DNA of 64,000 bases from an uncultured Candidatus Saccharibacteria bacterium (GTDB taxonomy: Bacteria > Patescibacteriota > Minisyncoccia > Phycocordibacterales > CAIZLB01). Positions 1 through 9,928 of the stretch are shown piece by piece. Both the position numbers and the translations under genes were made by a program. The notes under the pieces are model-generated. The model ran no database searches, was not told the origin of the DNA, and saw only the letters and a program-made list of their open reading frames with translations. The DNA lies in contig CAYVEK010000001.1 in the NCBI GenBank assembly GCA_964450605.1, positions 224,597 to 288,596 of the forward strand, written 5' to 3'. Positions within the stretch are counted from its first letter, which is position 1. The number at the start of each line of letters is the position of its first letter.

Positions 1-20
1 CTGTATATACATATGCACTT

Positions 21-524
21 ATGGCTCGGCCGAAAAATGGTCTATTTATCACAGTTGAAGATGAAAGCGTTGATATTTCATATATACGAGAAGGAAAAGT
101 TGATGTCCATGTTTTTATACCAGAATCATATTACCATCTCGAACAAAAAGTTATGACGCTTTTGGACGCTGATGAAAAAACTGTTCGAGACATACTAGCA
201 TCACGATCAAGTCCTACAGTTCTGGAAAAAGGCAAAAAACTATCACGACACATATGGCCAGATCTAACAGAGTCTGTGAGACAGCAAGTTGATGATCTGG
301 TAAATGAACACTATAAAGTTGTTATGAAATATATCTACAGTCTTATAGATCAGGTAAAACAGGATAAAACATTTTCTGGCGAAGAAGTTCGTATCTGCTC
401 TCTAAGCAGTATGTTGGCCATCGTGTATGGGTACGGACTTGGAAAACTGATCAAGGACGATGTGTATATAAAAAACACCCTTAAAGTTTCAGAAGAATCT
501 ATCTACATAGACTATTTGTTTTAA
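21..524 (+). CDS. hypothetical protein
   Basis: Intact 167 aa ORF in the window's coding orientation. No motif recognised. Confidence 0.35.
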   Translation: MARPKNGLFITVEDESVDISYIREGKVDVHVFIPESYYHLEQKVMTLLDADEKTVRDILASRSSPTVLEKGKKLSRHIWPDLTESVRQQVDDLVNEHYKVVMKYIYSLIDQVKQDKTFSGEEVRICSLSSMLAIVYGYGLGKLIKDDVYIKNTLKVSEESIYIDYLF

Positions 525-551
525 AGACAACTCAATATATACTATAGGTAT

Positions 552-1769
552 ATGTACTCAGACATCATACCTCCCAAGAAAAATAATTCTATACGAAATA
601 TTAGTCTAGAAAGGTTTGACGAGCTCGAACCGATCGCTGAGCAACCATATCGACCAGGCAAACATCCGGGTCATGATAGATCATTTCCAAAATTTTTCTT
701 ATTTCTTGTATTAGGAGTTTTGGTTGTTGGTGGTGTTGTATATGCTAAGTTTATAGAAAGAACCACCCTCACTTTTTTATCAAAAACAACAACACTTGAT
801 ATACGAGAAAAGTTTCCAGCCATGGTACAAAAAGATGATGTTGTAGCACCTGACGGTACAGTGTACTACAACTTGGTATATATCTCAGGAAAAGAAAAAA
901 GAGAAAACCCATTTGTACCGGTAGTTAAAAGCGCAACAAGTACAAATAAAACATTTACTGACGCTGATTTAAAACCAGTAACAGCAGTTTCAACTTCAAC
1001 AAACTCTACAACCACCGTATATCTTGTAAATGAAACAGGTGAGAGTATTCCACTTCGAGCAACAACTCGTATCGATATTGGGGGTACTATATACTCACTC
1101 CCATCTAGTGTTACAGTAAGTGCCACAAAAAATGCTTCTATATTTGCCAAGAAACAAAAATACTATCTACCTGGTTTTAAGGGTACTCCTGCTTACAACT
1201 CTCTTTATGCAGTCAAAACTGATGGACCTTTGGATATACCAGAAAAAACAACAACGACAGGAACTACAACTCAATCAGTTGCTGTAGCTTCTACAGATAG
1301 TACAACTGTACCTGAGGATATAATATCATTACTTCCAAAAACAAACATAGCTCTTAAAAAACATACCATCTATGATCAGATAGCTGATCAACCTGCTGTA
1401 GTTGTGTTTAACAAGCAAGAACTCCTTAAAGTAATAGAAAAGAAAAATCCTGGATTACAGGATTATATGAAAGCGTTTAAACCATTATCAGATGTTGTCG
1501 AGTTTGATATAGATATTTCAGATTATGATTTAGATGTATCTCCTGAAACCGGTCGACCAGTAACGATAAAGCGTATTGTTTTGGAGATTAAGCCACTATT
1601 TAAAACCGATGAGATTAAAAAGGCTTTTGCCCATTTCAATGTAGATACAATGGAAAAAATAAGGGTTCAACTTGGTGATTTTTCTAGTGTACAAGTGAAA
1701 AATACACCGTTTTGGAGCAGGGAAGTTGCAGAGGAGGGTAAAGTTGAGGTTATTATAGAAGAAAATTAA
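552..1769 (+). CDS. membrane-anchored Thr-rich hypothetical protein (likely surface-exposed)
   Basis: Short cytoplasmic N-terminus, one TM helix (FFLFLVLGVLVVGGVVYAKFI), then a long Thr/Ser-rich low-complexity domain. No catalytic motif. Confidence 0.4.
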   Translation: MYSDIIPPKKNNSIRNISLERFDELEPIAEQPYRPGKHPGHDRSFPKFFLFLVLGVLVVGGVVYAKFIERTTLTFLSKTTTLDIREKFPAMVQKDDVVAPDGTVYYNLVYISGKEKRENPFVPVVKSATSTNKTFTDADLKPVTAVSTSTNSTTTVYLVNETGESIPLRATTRIDIGGTIYSLPSSVTVSATKNASIFAKKQKYYLPGFKGTPAYNSLYAVKTDGPLDIPEKTTTTGTTTQSVAVASTDSTTVPEDIISLLPKTNIALKKHTIYDQIADQPAVVVFNKQELLKVIEKKNPGLQDYMKAFKPLSDVVEFDIDISDYDLDVSPETGRPVTIKRIVLEIKPLFKTDEIKKAFAHFNVDTMEKIRVQLGDFSSVQVKNTPFWSREVAEEGKVEVIIEEN

Positions 1770-1821
1770 TCTAAGGCTGTATAGTTGCCAAAAAGCAACA
1801 AAAAAGCTACTATATGTCAAT

Positions 1822-2031
1822 ATGTCAGAGGAAAAAGTGATTTTAACAGGAACAGTTGTTGAGGCTTTGCCAGACACACATTTTCGAATACAGCTCGAAG
1901 ATGGTGTTATTATGCTTGCCTATCTAAGTGGAAAGATGAGATATAATCGTATTCGAATACTTGTTGGAGATACTGTAGAAATAGAGCTAGATTCACACGG
2001 CGGAAAACCAAGGATTGTTAGACGAAAATAG
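1822..2031 (+). CDS. infA: translation initiation factor IF-1
   Basis: 69 aa S1-like fold. Matches the IF-1 pattern (GTVVEALPDTHFRIQLEDG...ISGKMR.NRIRILVGD.V.IEL). Confidence 0.85.
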   Translation: MSEEKVILTGTVVEALPDTHFRIQLEDGVIMLAYLSGKMRYNRIRILVGDTVEIELDSHGGKPRIVRRK

Positions 2032-2045
2032 GTTAGACTATACAT

Positions 2046-3404
2046 ATGACTCAAAATATAATTACCCGTTTCCCTCCATCACCGACTGGACATGCCCATA
2101 TCGGTTCATATCGAACTGCTATTTTCAACTATCTATTTGCCCGAAAACATAAAGGCAAGTTTTTATTGCGAATAGAAGATACTGATAAAGCACGATCACA
2201 AAAAGAGTATCAAGATGGAATTATAGAGAGTCTTAAGTGGCTTGGATTGGAGTATGATGATTTTTCTATTCAGACAAACAATGTAGAAAAGCATACTGCC
2301 GCAATGAATGCGATGATAGAAAAAGGCTTGGCTTATATATCTCATGAAGAGGCAAAAGATGGGAGTGGTGTGATGAAAGATGTTGTTCGTTTTAAAAACC
2401 CGAACAAAGTCGTTACGTTTACAGATCTTATACTTGGAGATATATCAGTAGATACAACAGATCTTGGTGATTTTGTTATCGGCAGAAACATACACGATCC
2501 ACTATATCACCTGGCTGTTACTGTTGATGATATAAACTCAGGTGTTACTCACGTTATACGAGGTATGGATCATATTTCAAATACTCCACGACAGATACTG
2601 CTTATAGAGGCTATGGGAGGTTCTATGCCCATATATGCCCACATACCACTAGTTTTAGGTGAGGACAAGCAAAAACTATCTAAGCGAAAAGGTGCACTTT
2701 CTGTACTTGAATATGAGAAAAGAGGATATCTTCCTCAAGCTATACTAAACGCTGCTACATTTATAGGATTTAACCCTGGTGGTGAGAAAGAGATATATAC
2801 AAAAGAAGAACTCATAGATGTATTTGATATAACAAGGGTGCAAAAAGCAGGTGCTGTGTTTAATCCTGTAAAACTTGACTGGTTCAACCAGGAGCACATG
2901 AAGCTACTGTCTGAAAATGAATATCTAACACGAGCACATGCTTTTGTTCCGGAAGAATTAAAAACAGAAGCGTTTGATGCCGTTCTCAATAAAGTATTAC
3001 TTGCACAAAGAGATAGACTTGTATATTTTGGACAGATTCCTGAAGTTCTTACTGAGGCATCATATACATACACAGATATCGATACACCATCCGTAGAACT
3101 ACTCATGGTTCCAGAAAAGCTTCGAAAAGATACAGTTGTAACTAAACAAAGCACAAAAGATATTCTTGAAAAAGTTTTGGAGATTATAAAAGGTATCGAG
3201 GAGCAAGATTTTACAACAGCCGAATCTGTAAAACCATCTCTATGGGATTTGGCTGAAAAAGAAGGACGAGGTATTGTATTGTGGCCGTTACGTATCGCTC
3301 TTACAAATAAAGAAAAGTCTTTTGATCCATTTACAACACTTTCTATCTTGGGAAAAGATACATCTATACAACGAATAGAGAAGGCTATACAAGCTTTACA
3401 ATAG
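2046..3404 (+). CDS. gltX: glutamyl-tRNA synthetase
   Basis: Class I HIGH motif (PSPTGHAHIG) near the N-terminus and a KMSKS-like KLSKRKG. Overall GluRS catalytic-core pattern; short form of 452 aa. Confidence 0.85.
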   Translation: MTQNIITRFPPSPTGHAHIGSYRTAIFNYLFARKHKGKFLLRIEDTDKARSQKEYQDGIIESLKWLGLEYDDFSIQTNNVEKHTAAMNAMIEKGLAYISHEEAKDGSGVMKDVVRFKNPNKVVTFTDLILGDISVDTTDLGDFVIGRNIHDPLYHLAVTVDDINSGVTHVIRGMDHISNTPRQILLIEAMGGSMPIYAHIPLVLGEDKQKLSKRKGALSVLEYEKRGYLPQAILNAATFIGFNPGGEKEIYTKEELIDVFDITRVQKAGAVFNPVKLDWFNQEHMKLLSENEYLTRAHAFVPEELKTEAFDAVLNKVLLAQRDRLVYFGQIPEVLTEASYTYTDIDTPSVELLMVPEKLRKDTVVTKQSTKDILEKVLEIIKGIEEQDFTTAESVKPSLWDLAEKEGRGIVLWPLRIALTNKEKSFDPFTTLSILGKDTSIQRIEKAIQALQ

Positions 3405-3428
3405 CCTGTCTGTGATATACTTAAGGGT

Positions 3429-4706
3429 ATGAGGTTTTTGTCTATAATCCTGATGTGTTTCCTACTTGTTGGCATAACTATGCCAGGAAGTTATGTTTCG
3501 TTTGCGCAAACACCCGAAGAGCTACAGAAACAGATAGATGAACGAGCTCGTGTTATTGCTGAGCTTGAAAAAGAGATCAAAACATATACAGAACTAACAA
3601 ACAAAACAAGTAAAGAGGCTCAGACTCTTGCAAAATACATCAAAGACCTTGAAAGTCAGGTTAAGGTTATCAACCTTGATATTAAAAAAAGCCAGACAGC
3701 TATAGATAAACACAATCTTGAGATCAAGAAGATCGGCAATGCTATATCAGGAAATGAGCGAAAACTTGAGGTTATGCATGCAGGACTCAAAGAGAGTATA
3801 CTTGCACAATATGAGGCTGATAATATGAACGTGATAGAAAACTTTTTGAGTAATAAAAACATATTAGCTTCAGTGCAAGATGTAGATCATCTACGTATCA
3901 TACAGGGAAATATAAAAGAAACAGTGGGGCAAGTGGTCGAAACTAAAGAATCTTTACAAGAAGATCAGGTTGAAGAGCTTGAAAAAAGAAAAGAACTAGA
4001 AGCTGAGAAAGAGAAGCTTCGAATAAAACAACAAACTCTTGATCTTAATAAAGAGGCTCAGAAAAAAGAGTTGGAGATAACTAAAAAACAGGAAAGCAAT
4101 TATAAAAAAATAATCGAAGATAGAAAAAAGAAAAAAGCAGCATTTGAAAAAGAGTTGTTTGATTATGAAGCAAAACTAAAGTACGTTCTCGATCCAAAAT
4201 CTCTACCCAAAGCCGGTTCAAAAGCTCTATCATGGCCTCTTGATGATGTTCTTATTACACAAAAGTTTGGTGTTACAAATGCATCAAAGCGATTGTATGT
4301 ATCAGGAAGTCATAATGGTGTTGATTTTCGAGCTACGGTTGGTACACCAGTAAAATCTGCCGGAAATGGAACTGTTGCTGGTACAGGTAACACAGATGCA
4401 GTATGTGCAGGAGTTTCTTTTGGAAAATGGATTCTTATAAAATACGACAATGGTTTGGCAACAACCTATGGTCACTTGTCCAAGATAGAGGTAAAAGATG
4501 GTCAGCGTGTTACTGACGGACAACTTGTAGGGTACAGCGGCAATACCGGCTATTCTACAGGCCCCCACCTTCATGTGAGTGCATATGCAGCTGATGCTGT
4601 AAATGTTATCACTCGTCCAAGTGCATCGTGTCCGGGAAAGAGTTTGACTATGCCGGTGTCTGCTGTGAGTGCTTATCTGGATCCTCTTGTGTATTTTCCG
4701 AAGTAG
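3429..4706 (+). CDS. M23 family peptidoglycan metalloendopeptidase with N-terminal signal peptide and long coiled coil (EnvC-like architecture)
   Basis: Signal peptide, ~230 aa of heptad-rich coiled coil, then a C-terminal LytM/M23 domain with intact HxxxD (HNGVD) and HxH (HLHV) metal ligands. Confidence 0.75.
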   Translation: MRFLSIILMCFLLVGITMPGSYVSFAQTPEELQKQIDERARVIAELEKEIKTYTELTNKTSKEAQTLAKYIKDLESQVKVINLDIKKSQTAIDKHNLEIKKIGNAISGNERKLEVMHAGLKESILAQYEADNMNVIENFLSNKNILASVQDVDHLRIIQGNIKETVGQVVETKESLQEDQVEELEKRKELEAEKEKLRIKQQTLDLNKEAQKKELEITKKQESNYKKIIEDRKKKKAAFEKELFDYEAKLKYVLDPKSLPKAGSKALSWPLDDVLITQKFGVTNASKRLYVSGSHNGVDFRATVGTPVKSAGNGTVAGTGNTDAVCAGVSFGKWILIKYDNGLATTYGHLSKIEVKDGQRVTDGQLVGYSGNTGYSTGPHLHVSAYAADAVNVITRPSASCPGKSLTMPVSAVSAYLDPLVYFPK

Positions 4707-4763
4707 TGGGACTGGGGGTTGATCTTTTCTATATATTGACTGATATGGTATCATAGCGCACAT

Positions 4764-5864
4764 ATGAAAGACTATTACAAAGTACTCGGAGTTGAAAAAA
4801 GTGCCTCACAGGACGAGATTAAAAAAGCCTTTCGAAAACTAGCTTTGGAGCATCATCCTGATAAAAACGGAGGTAAAGATGAAAAATTTAAAGAGATAAA
4901 TGAAGCCTATAGTGTTTTAAGCGATGAACAGAAACGAAAACAATATGACACGTATGGTTCTGCTGGTCCAAACATGGGTGGAGGTGCGGGAGGTTTTGGC
5001 GGTTTTGATTTTTCAGGATTTCAGCAAGGTGCTCAAAATATGGAATTTGATTTAGGAGATATTTTTGGATCATTTTTCGGCGGAGGTGGACGAGGTCGTG
5101 GATCAAGAGGTGGACATGCACGAGCACGTGGAGCAGATATACAGGTTGATGTTGAAGTAACGTTCAAAGAATCAGCTCTAGGTGTTGACCGAACCATAGA
5201 GTATGGCCGACACGCATCATGTGTGACATGTAAAGGTACACGAGCGGAACCGGGTAGTGAGGTAAAAAACTGTTCAAACTGTCACGGCTCAGGTTATGTA
5301 GTTAAACTGCAACGTTCTATTTTTGGAAATATAGAACAGCAGGTCGAATGTGAAATTTGTGAAGGGGCAGGAAAGATCCCTACAAAAAAATGTCATACTT
5401 GTCATGGTGCCGGTATAACAAAACAAAAAGAACAAGTGACTATACACATACCTGCAGGCATAGAAACAGGAGAATCTCTCCGGGTATCAGGACGCGGTGA
5501 AGCTGTGTCAGGTGCAGGAAGTCAGGCCGGCGATCTGTATGTTCGAGTACGAGTTAAAGCTGATGCTCATTTTAAAAAAGAAAGGAGTACAGTTTATATG
5601 ACGCACAGTATTCCTCTTTCACTTGCAGTTGCGGGTGGTGATACGAAGGTTCATTCTTTTGATCAAGATTTTACACTCAGTATCCCATCTGGAGTTGTAA
5701 ATGGTGAAGTTCTTCGTGCTCGAGAAAAGGGAGGAGTGCTTGATAGTTCTCGCGGTAATTCAAAACGGGGTGATCTTATGATTACTATAAAAGTTGAAAT
5801 GCCTAAAAAAATAAATGGCGATATAAAACAAGCTGTTGAGTTATTGAAGAAAGCTGGATATTAA
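4764..5864 (+). CDS. dnaJ: molecular chaperone DnaJ
   Basis: J-domain with HPD (DYYKVLGV...HHPDKN), a Gly/Phe-rich linker, four CxxCxGxG zinc-finger repeats and a C-terminal domain. Confidence 0.85.
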   Translation: MKDYYKVLGVEKSASQDEIKKAFRKLALEHHPDKNGGKDEKFKEINEAYSVLSDEQKRKQYDTYGSAGPNMGGGAGGFGGFDFSGFQQGAQNMEFDLGDIFGSFFGGGGRGRGSRGGHARARGADIQVDVEVTFKESALGVDRTIEYGRHASCVTCKGTRAEPGSEVKNCSNCHGSGYVVKLQRSIFGNIEQQVECEICEGAGKIPTKKCHTCHGAGITKQKEQVTIHIPAGIETGESLRVSGRGEAVSGAGSQAGDLYVRVRVKADAHFKKERSTVYMTHSIPLSLAVAGGDTKVHSFDQDFTLSIPSGVVNGEVLRAREKGGVLDSSRGNSKRGDLMITIKVEMPKKINGDIKQAVELLKKAGY

Positions 5865-5879
5865 ACTATAATAAAGTGC

Positions 5880-6368
5880 ATGGAATATTTAGCACTATAT
5901 TCAGTTTTACTTGTATTTATTTTACTTTCGTTTGTTCGAGGTAAGCATGTTTTATTTAACATTATTATCATGGCATATCCAACTGCTGTGATATATAAAG
6001 CCATACTTGATAGCGGTGCAGATAAGTTTGTAAATTCACTTGATTACGGATTGAGTTCATTTACATGGCATTTGATATTATTTTTGATTGTACTTGTGCC
6101 TGTATATATGTCTCTCATTCGCATTGTAAATTCTTTTAGACTAACTCATAGTCTCAAAGGGGTAGTGGAGTCGATCATACTTTCAGTAGGTATAGTTCTT
6201 CTTACTATTGGTATATGTTTCCATATATTGCCAGACAAGGATGTATTCAACCTAACTCGACCTGTTGAAATTTTCTTCCAGTCGGACCTCGGCTACCTTG
6301 TGTGTATGGTTGTACCTATGCTTTCAGTGTTCTTGCTATCAAAACAAAAAGATGAGATTCCTTTATAA
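5880..6368 (+). CDS. hypothetical integral membrane protein
   Basis: Four to five predicted TM helices. No conserved motif recognised. Confidence 0.35.
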   Translation: MEYLALYSVLLVFILLSFVRGKHVLFNIIIMAYPTAVIYKAILDSGADKFVNSLDYGLSSFTWHLILFLIVLVPVYMSLIRIVNSFRLTHSLKGVVESIILSVGIVLLTIGICFHILPDKDVFNLTRPVEIFFQSDLGYLVCMVVPMLSVFLLSKQKDEIPL

Positions 6369-6426
6369 AATAAGCTCAAAATATACATATATTGTCAAAT
6401 AATATAATATATGATATAATATTAAC

Positions 6427-7164
6427 ATGACAAAAACCTTTCAAGAAGATTCAGATTTACGAGAAAAAGTGCAGATGTTTTTGCAGGCTATTATAAAATT
6501 GTCTCTTAATATCTTTTTTGCGATATTTTTCAAACTTGAAGTTATAGGTGCAGAACAGGCTGTAACAGCAGTAAAAGAAGCACGTAAAAATCATAAAGGT
6601 ATATTATTCGCTGCCAATCATACAAGTGAGCTCGATGGTCCTGTCGTTCGTTCATTTCTCCCGTTTAGAATTTTTACATATCCGATGTACTACGTAGCAA
6701 TGACACAAGAGCATTATCACAGAGGTTGGCTCGATTGGCGAACATACTTATACGGAGGATGGTTGTTTAAGCTTCTCGGTGCATTTCCAGCGTATAAGGG
6801 AATGCGAGATTACCAAGCTTCACTTATAAACCATATTGGTCTTCTTGAAGAAGGAAAGATTGTGTGTATTTTTCCAGAAGGAAAGATAAGTGTTGATACA
6901 TCATATCCTGCAGAAGCAAAAGGTGGTATAGGCTTTCTAGCTGAGTCTACTCGTACAGATATTATTCCAGTCAAAATGGAAGGCTTGCGACGAATTCAGT
7001 GGCACAAAGTATTTCTATTTCAAAGACCATCTGTGCGTATAGAATATAAACCACTCTTACAGATCGACGCGCTCATACAAAATGCTCGTGACGCTCATAT
7101 ACCAACAGGTATAGAAACCAACAAACATGTCGCACATCAAATTATGACTAAGATACGAGAATAG
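6427..7164 (+). CDS. 1-acyl-sn-glycerol-3-phosphate acyltransferase family protein (PlsC-like)
   Basis: N-terminal TM segment, acyltransferase HxxxxD motif (NHTSELD) and downstream FPEGK motif. Confidence 0.6.
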   Translation: MTKTFQEDSDLREKVQMFLQAIIKLSLNIFFAIFFKLEVIGAEQAVTAVKEARKNHKGILFAANHTSELDGPVVRSFLPFRIFTYPMYYVAMTQEHYHRGWLDWRTYLYGGWLFKLLGAFPAYKGMRDYQASLINHIGLLEEGKIVCIFPEGKISVDTSYPAEAKGGIGFLAESTRTDIIPVKMEGLRRIQWHKVFLFQRPSVRIEYKPLLQIDALIQNARDAHIPTGIETNKHVAHQIMTKIRE

Positions 7165-7219
7165 GTTCAAAAAATAAAACTCTACACTTCTGTAGAGTTT
7201 TATTTTTATATAAGTTGGT

Positions 7220-7786
7220 TTATTTTGAAACTCGCTCTGCGTATTCACCAGTTTCTGTGTTGATGCGTACTATGTCTCCCGGTTCGATGAACATAGGGCT
7301 CAAAATAGTTGCTCCTGTCTCAAGAGTGATGATCTTGTTACCACCTTTGGCTGTATCTCCTCGAACTGCTGGAGGAGCTTCTGTAACCTCTAGGTCGACC
7401 TTGGCAGGGAGACGAACTCCGATAGGTGTATCTCCAAAATATTTTACATCGATGATAGAGTTCGCTTTTAGAAACTTTCTACTATCTCCGATAAGAGTGT
7501 CTTGAAGCTGGAATCTGTCGGCTGGGTTATTTTCAGCGCAGAACCACCATTCTCCTTTATTGTTATATAAATATTTAACTTTTCTCATCTCGATATCAGC
7601 TTCTTCCGTTTTATCAGTTGCTTGAAAAGCGTGCTCTACAACACGACCGCTCAACATGTTTCGCATCTTAACTGCGTTTACAGGTTTTCGCATCTGTTTT
7701 CGGAATACATGAGAATCTAGGATCTCATAAGGCTCATCTTCGAAGATGATCATTTTTCTTTGTACGATCTCGTTATAATCTAGCAT
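7220..7786 (-). CDS. efp: elongation factor P
   Basis: 188 aa aligning along its whole length with EF-P (KPVNAVKMRN loop region, GDTAKGGNKIITLETGA, GEYAERVSK C-terminus). Confidence 0.85.
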   Translation of the reverse strand: MLDYNEIVQRKMIIFEDEPYEILDSHVFRKQMRKPVNAVKMRNMLSGRVVEHAFQATDKTEEADIEMRKVKYLYNNKGEWWFCAENNPADRFQLQDTLIGDSRKFLKANSIIDVKYFGDTPIGVRLPAKVDLEVTEAPPAVRGDTAKGGNKIITLETGATILSPMFIEPGDIVRINTETGEYAERVSK

Positions 7787-7823
7787 TTAGTTAATATAAT
7801 TGATTTTAGAGAGTATTGCAATC

Positions 7824-7872
7824 ATAAAAAAAGAACCCTCCCGAACCGCACAGGGGGTGCGGTGGGAGGGGG
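7824..7872 (-). terminator. GC-rich imperfect hairpin followed by a T-run on the minus strand (terminator of 7875..8153)
   Basis: CCCTCCCGAACCGCAC / GTGCGGTGGGAGGG stem with a 2-nt bulge and an A-run on the plus side (T-run on minus). Lies immediately 3' of the minus-strand ORF. Confidence 0.4.
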
Positions 7873-7874
7873 TC

Positions 7875-8153
7875 TTAATCAACTCGTTCGAGCCAGGCAC
7901 TAGATATCGGCACATCCACGTGCTCTAGCTGAACGCGCTGGCGGCCTTCCAGTTTCTCGTGAGGCGCAGCCCACCTGACGATATAGATCCGCCCTTGAAC
8001 AAGGAGCGATTCTACCTCGTCGGGTATATAGGTACTACCCATTCTTCTGACCCTTTCGTCAGGAGAAGCCATTTTAACACGGTCCCCATTTTGAAAAACG
8101 GGGAAAAGAGTGCTTGAGGTCATGTTGTTGGTTCTGGTCGTGCAAGACGACAT
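7875..8153 (-). CDS. hypothetical protein (GC-rich islet gene)
   Basis: 92 aa ORF in a compositionally GC-rich patch with its own terminator. No motif recognised. Confidence 0.3.
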   Translation of the reverse strand: MSSCTTRTNNMTSSTLFPVFQNGDRVKMASPDERVRRMGSTYIPDEVESLLVQGRIYIVRWAAPHEKLEGRQRVQLEHVDVPISSAWLERVD

Positions 8154-8384
8154 TGTCCTGCTGTTTTATTATATTACTATTGAATATTAAAAATGTCAAA
8201 TTAAAAACGACCCTGCGCAGGTCGTTTTATAGGAATTATTCATTCCAAGGATGGTTTAATTTTTTCATTTTTTAATTTAGTTAAGTTTAATAATTATTAA
8301 TTATAGATCTCAATAGTTTTAAACTAAATTGACAGATATCAAAGAAGTGGTACAATAATAATCCAGAAGCACTTTCACAATTCC

Positions 8385-8771
8385 GTGAGATGTTTTCTAT
8401 TCTCCAAACCATTCCACAATATGCCATATTCCATGAAACCTACCTCTCAGAAATTCATCACCGCCGGCTTTTGGACCCTTGTCATTTCAACAGTTCTCTC
8501 GATCATATCTTTTTCATTCATCCGCTACGGTGAAGCCAAAGAACAAGCAGGCATTGAAAAGGCTGTCAGGGCCTACGAAGGCGGTATTGTCCGCCTGGAG
8601 CATCCGAACAGGATGTATGCCACAGGGAAAGATGTCCCTGATTTCCGGCTCCGCTTTGGACTCTTCGTGAGCCCTCAAGTGTCCAGTGATGGAAAATACT
8701 TCGTTCTCGACGAAGATGAAAACCTTCCCATCGCAGCAACCCCACCACCACCACCACCACCAAAGCCGTAA
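8385..8771 (+). CDS. hypothetical membrane protein with C-terminal polyproline tail
   Basis: One TM helix (FITAGFWTLVISTVLSIISFSFI) and a C-terminal PPPPPPPKP. GC-rich codon usage. Followed by a hairpin (CCCGTAGG...CCTGCGGG) plus T-run at about 8790..8838. The true start may be an internal Met. Confidence 0.35.
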   Translation: MRCFLFSKPFHNMPYSMKPTSQKFITAGFWTLVISTVLSIISFSFIRYGEAKEQAGIEKAVRAYEGGIVRLEHPNRMYATGKDVPDFRLRFGLFVSPQVSSDGKYFVLDEDENLPIAATPPPPPPPKP

Positions 8772-8864
8772 AACCGACCCCTTCCCTCACGAAAACCCGT
8801 AGGCGTCCCACACAGGGATCCCTGCGGGTTTTTTCATTTACAGACTTATGATACAATCATACCC

Positions 8865-9506
8865 ATGATACTAAACTTTTTCGGCAATCAATTTTTCAAA
8901 TTCCAGGTAGGTGACACAGTTTTGGCAACTGACCCTTTTTCAAAAGAATCAGAGTATAAGGCGGGCAAGTTCGGCGCAGACATCGTGCTTCAGTCTACTT
9001 TGCATGAAGATATGTCTGGGGGTGTTGATCTTTCATACGGTTCAAAAGAGCCACATGTTATCAAAGGTCCTGGTGAGTATGAGGTTTCAAATATTTTTAT
9101 AAAAGGACACGGTACATACAGTAACTATGGGGAAGTAGATAGTGATGCGGGCACAACGTATTACACATTTGAGTTTGATGGTATACGAGTTGTATTTTTA
9201 GGGGCTATTGGTCGTGATGAATCTAAAACAGATAAGAAGTTTTTAAACATAGAAGGTGATGTTGATATGTTATTTATTCCTGTCACAGGAGATGGTCGCT
9301 TAAACGCGAAGCAGGCTGCAGAGTATATAAATAACTTGGAGCCAAAGATAGTCATCCCTATGGGTTTTGCAAATACAAAAGACGCAACACTTCAAGCATT
9401 TATAAAAGAGTTGGGGGCAGGTAGCGCAGAAACAGTAGACAAACTTACACTAAAAAAGAAAGATGTAGATGCCTGTGCTCAAAAGCTGTACATCTTGAGT
9501 GTCTAG
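8865..9506 (+). CDS. metallo-beta-lactamase-fold hydrolase-like protein (metal-binding motif partly degenerate)
   Basis: N-terminal pattern as in the UPF0173/MBL fold (L.TDPF...ADIVLQS.LHED.SGG). The His-rich HxHxDH motif is only partly retained. Confidence 0.45.
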   Translation: MILNFFGNQFFKFQVGDTVLATDPFSKESEYKAGKFGADIVLQSTLHEDMSGGVDLSYGSKEPHVIKGPGEYEVSNIFIKGHGTYSNYGEVDSDAGTTYYTFEFDGIRVVFLGAIGRDESKTDKKFLNIEGDVDMLFIPVTGDGRLNAKQAAEYINNLEPKIVIPMGFANTKDATLQAFIKELGAGSAETVDKLTLKKKDVDACAQKLYILSV

Positions 9507-9524
9507 TTATATACTTAAACATAT

Positions 9525-9899
9525 ATGAGTCAGAAAGTTTCTCTCAAAGAAAAACTTGAATCTGAAATACAGCACGTGGCACACGATGTTGAGGATTTTG
9601 TATATGAAAAATGGCACCATCGTCTACATAAGAAAGCTCGTCATCATGTTCACAAACTTCGAGCTCGTCCAGATCATCATAAAAAGGCTATAGCTTTTTC
9701 CGTTTCTTTTGTTGTAACTATTGTTGTATTTGGTTTGTGGTATGTGTTTTCTATGCCACGTATATTTGAAGATTATAGAGTAACGCAAGCTCAAAACGAA
9801 CGACTTGGTGAGACCATAAATCCTTTGGATGATATGAAGCAGATGTATGATCAACGTAAAAATGAAGCATCAGCAATAGGTGCTATTCAGGTAGAATAA
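9525..9899 (+). CDS. hypothetical membrane protein with His-rich N-terminal region
   Basis: HHRLHKKARHHVHKLRARPDHHKK segment followed by one TM helix. Confidence 0.4.
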   Translation: MSQKVSLKEKLESEIQHVAHDVEDFVYEKWHHRLHKKARHHVHKLRARPDHHKKAIAFSVSFVVTIVVFGLWYVFSMPRIFEDYRVTQAQNERLGETINPLDDMKQMYDQRKNEASAIGAIQVE

Positions 9900-9928
9900 G
9901 CCTGTTTTTCATGCTACTATAGCAGAGT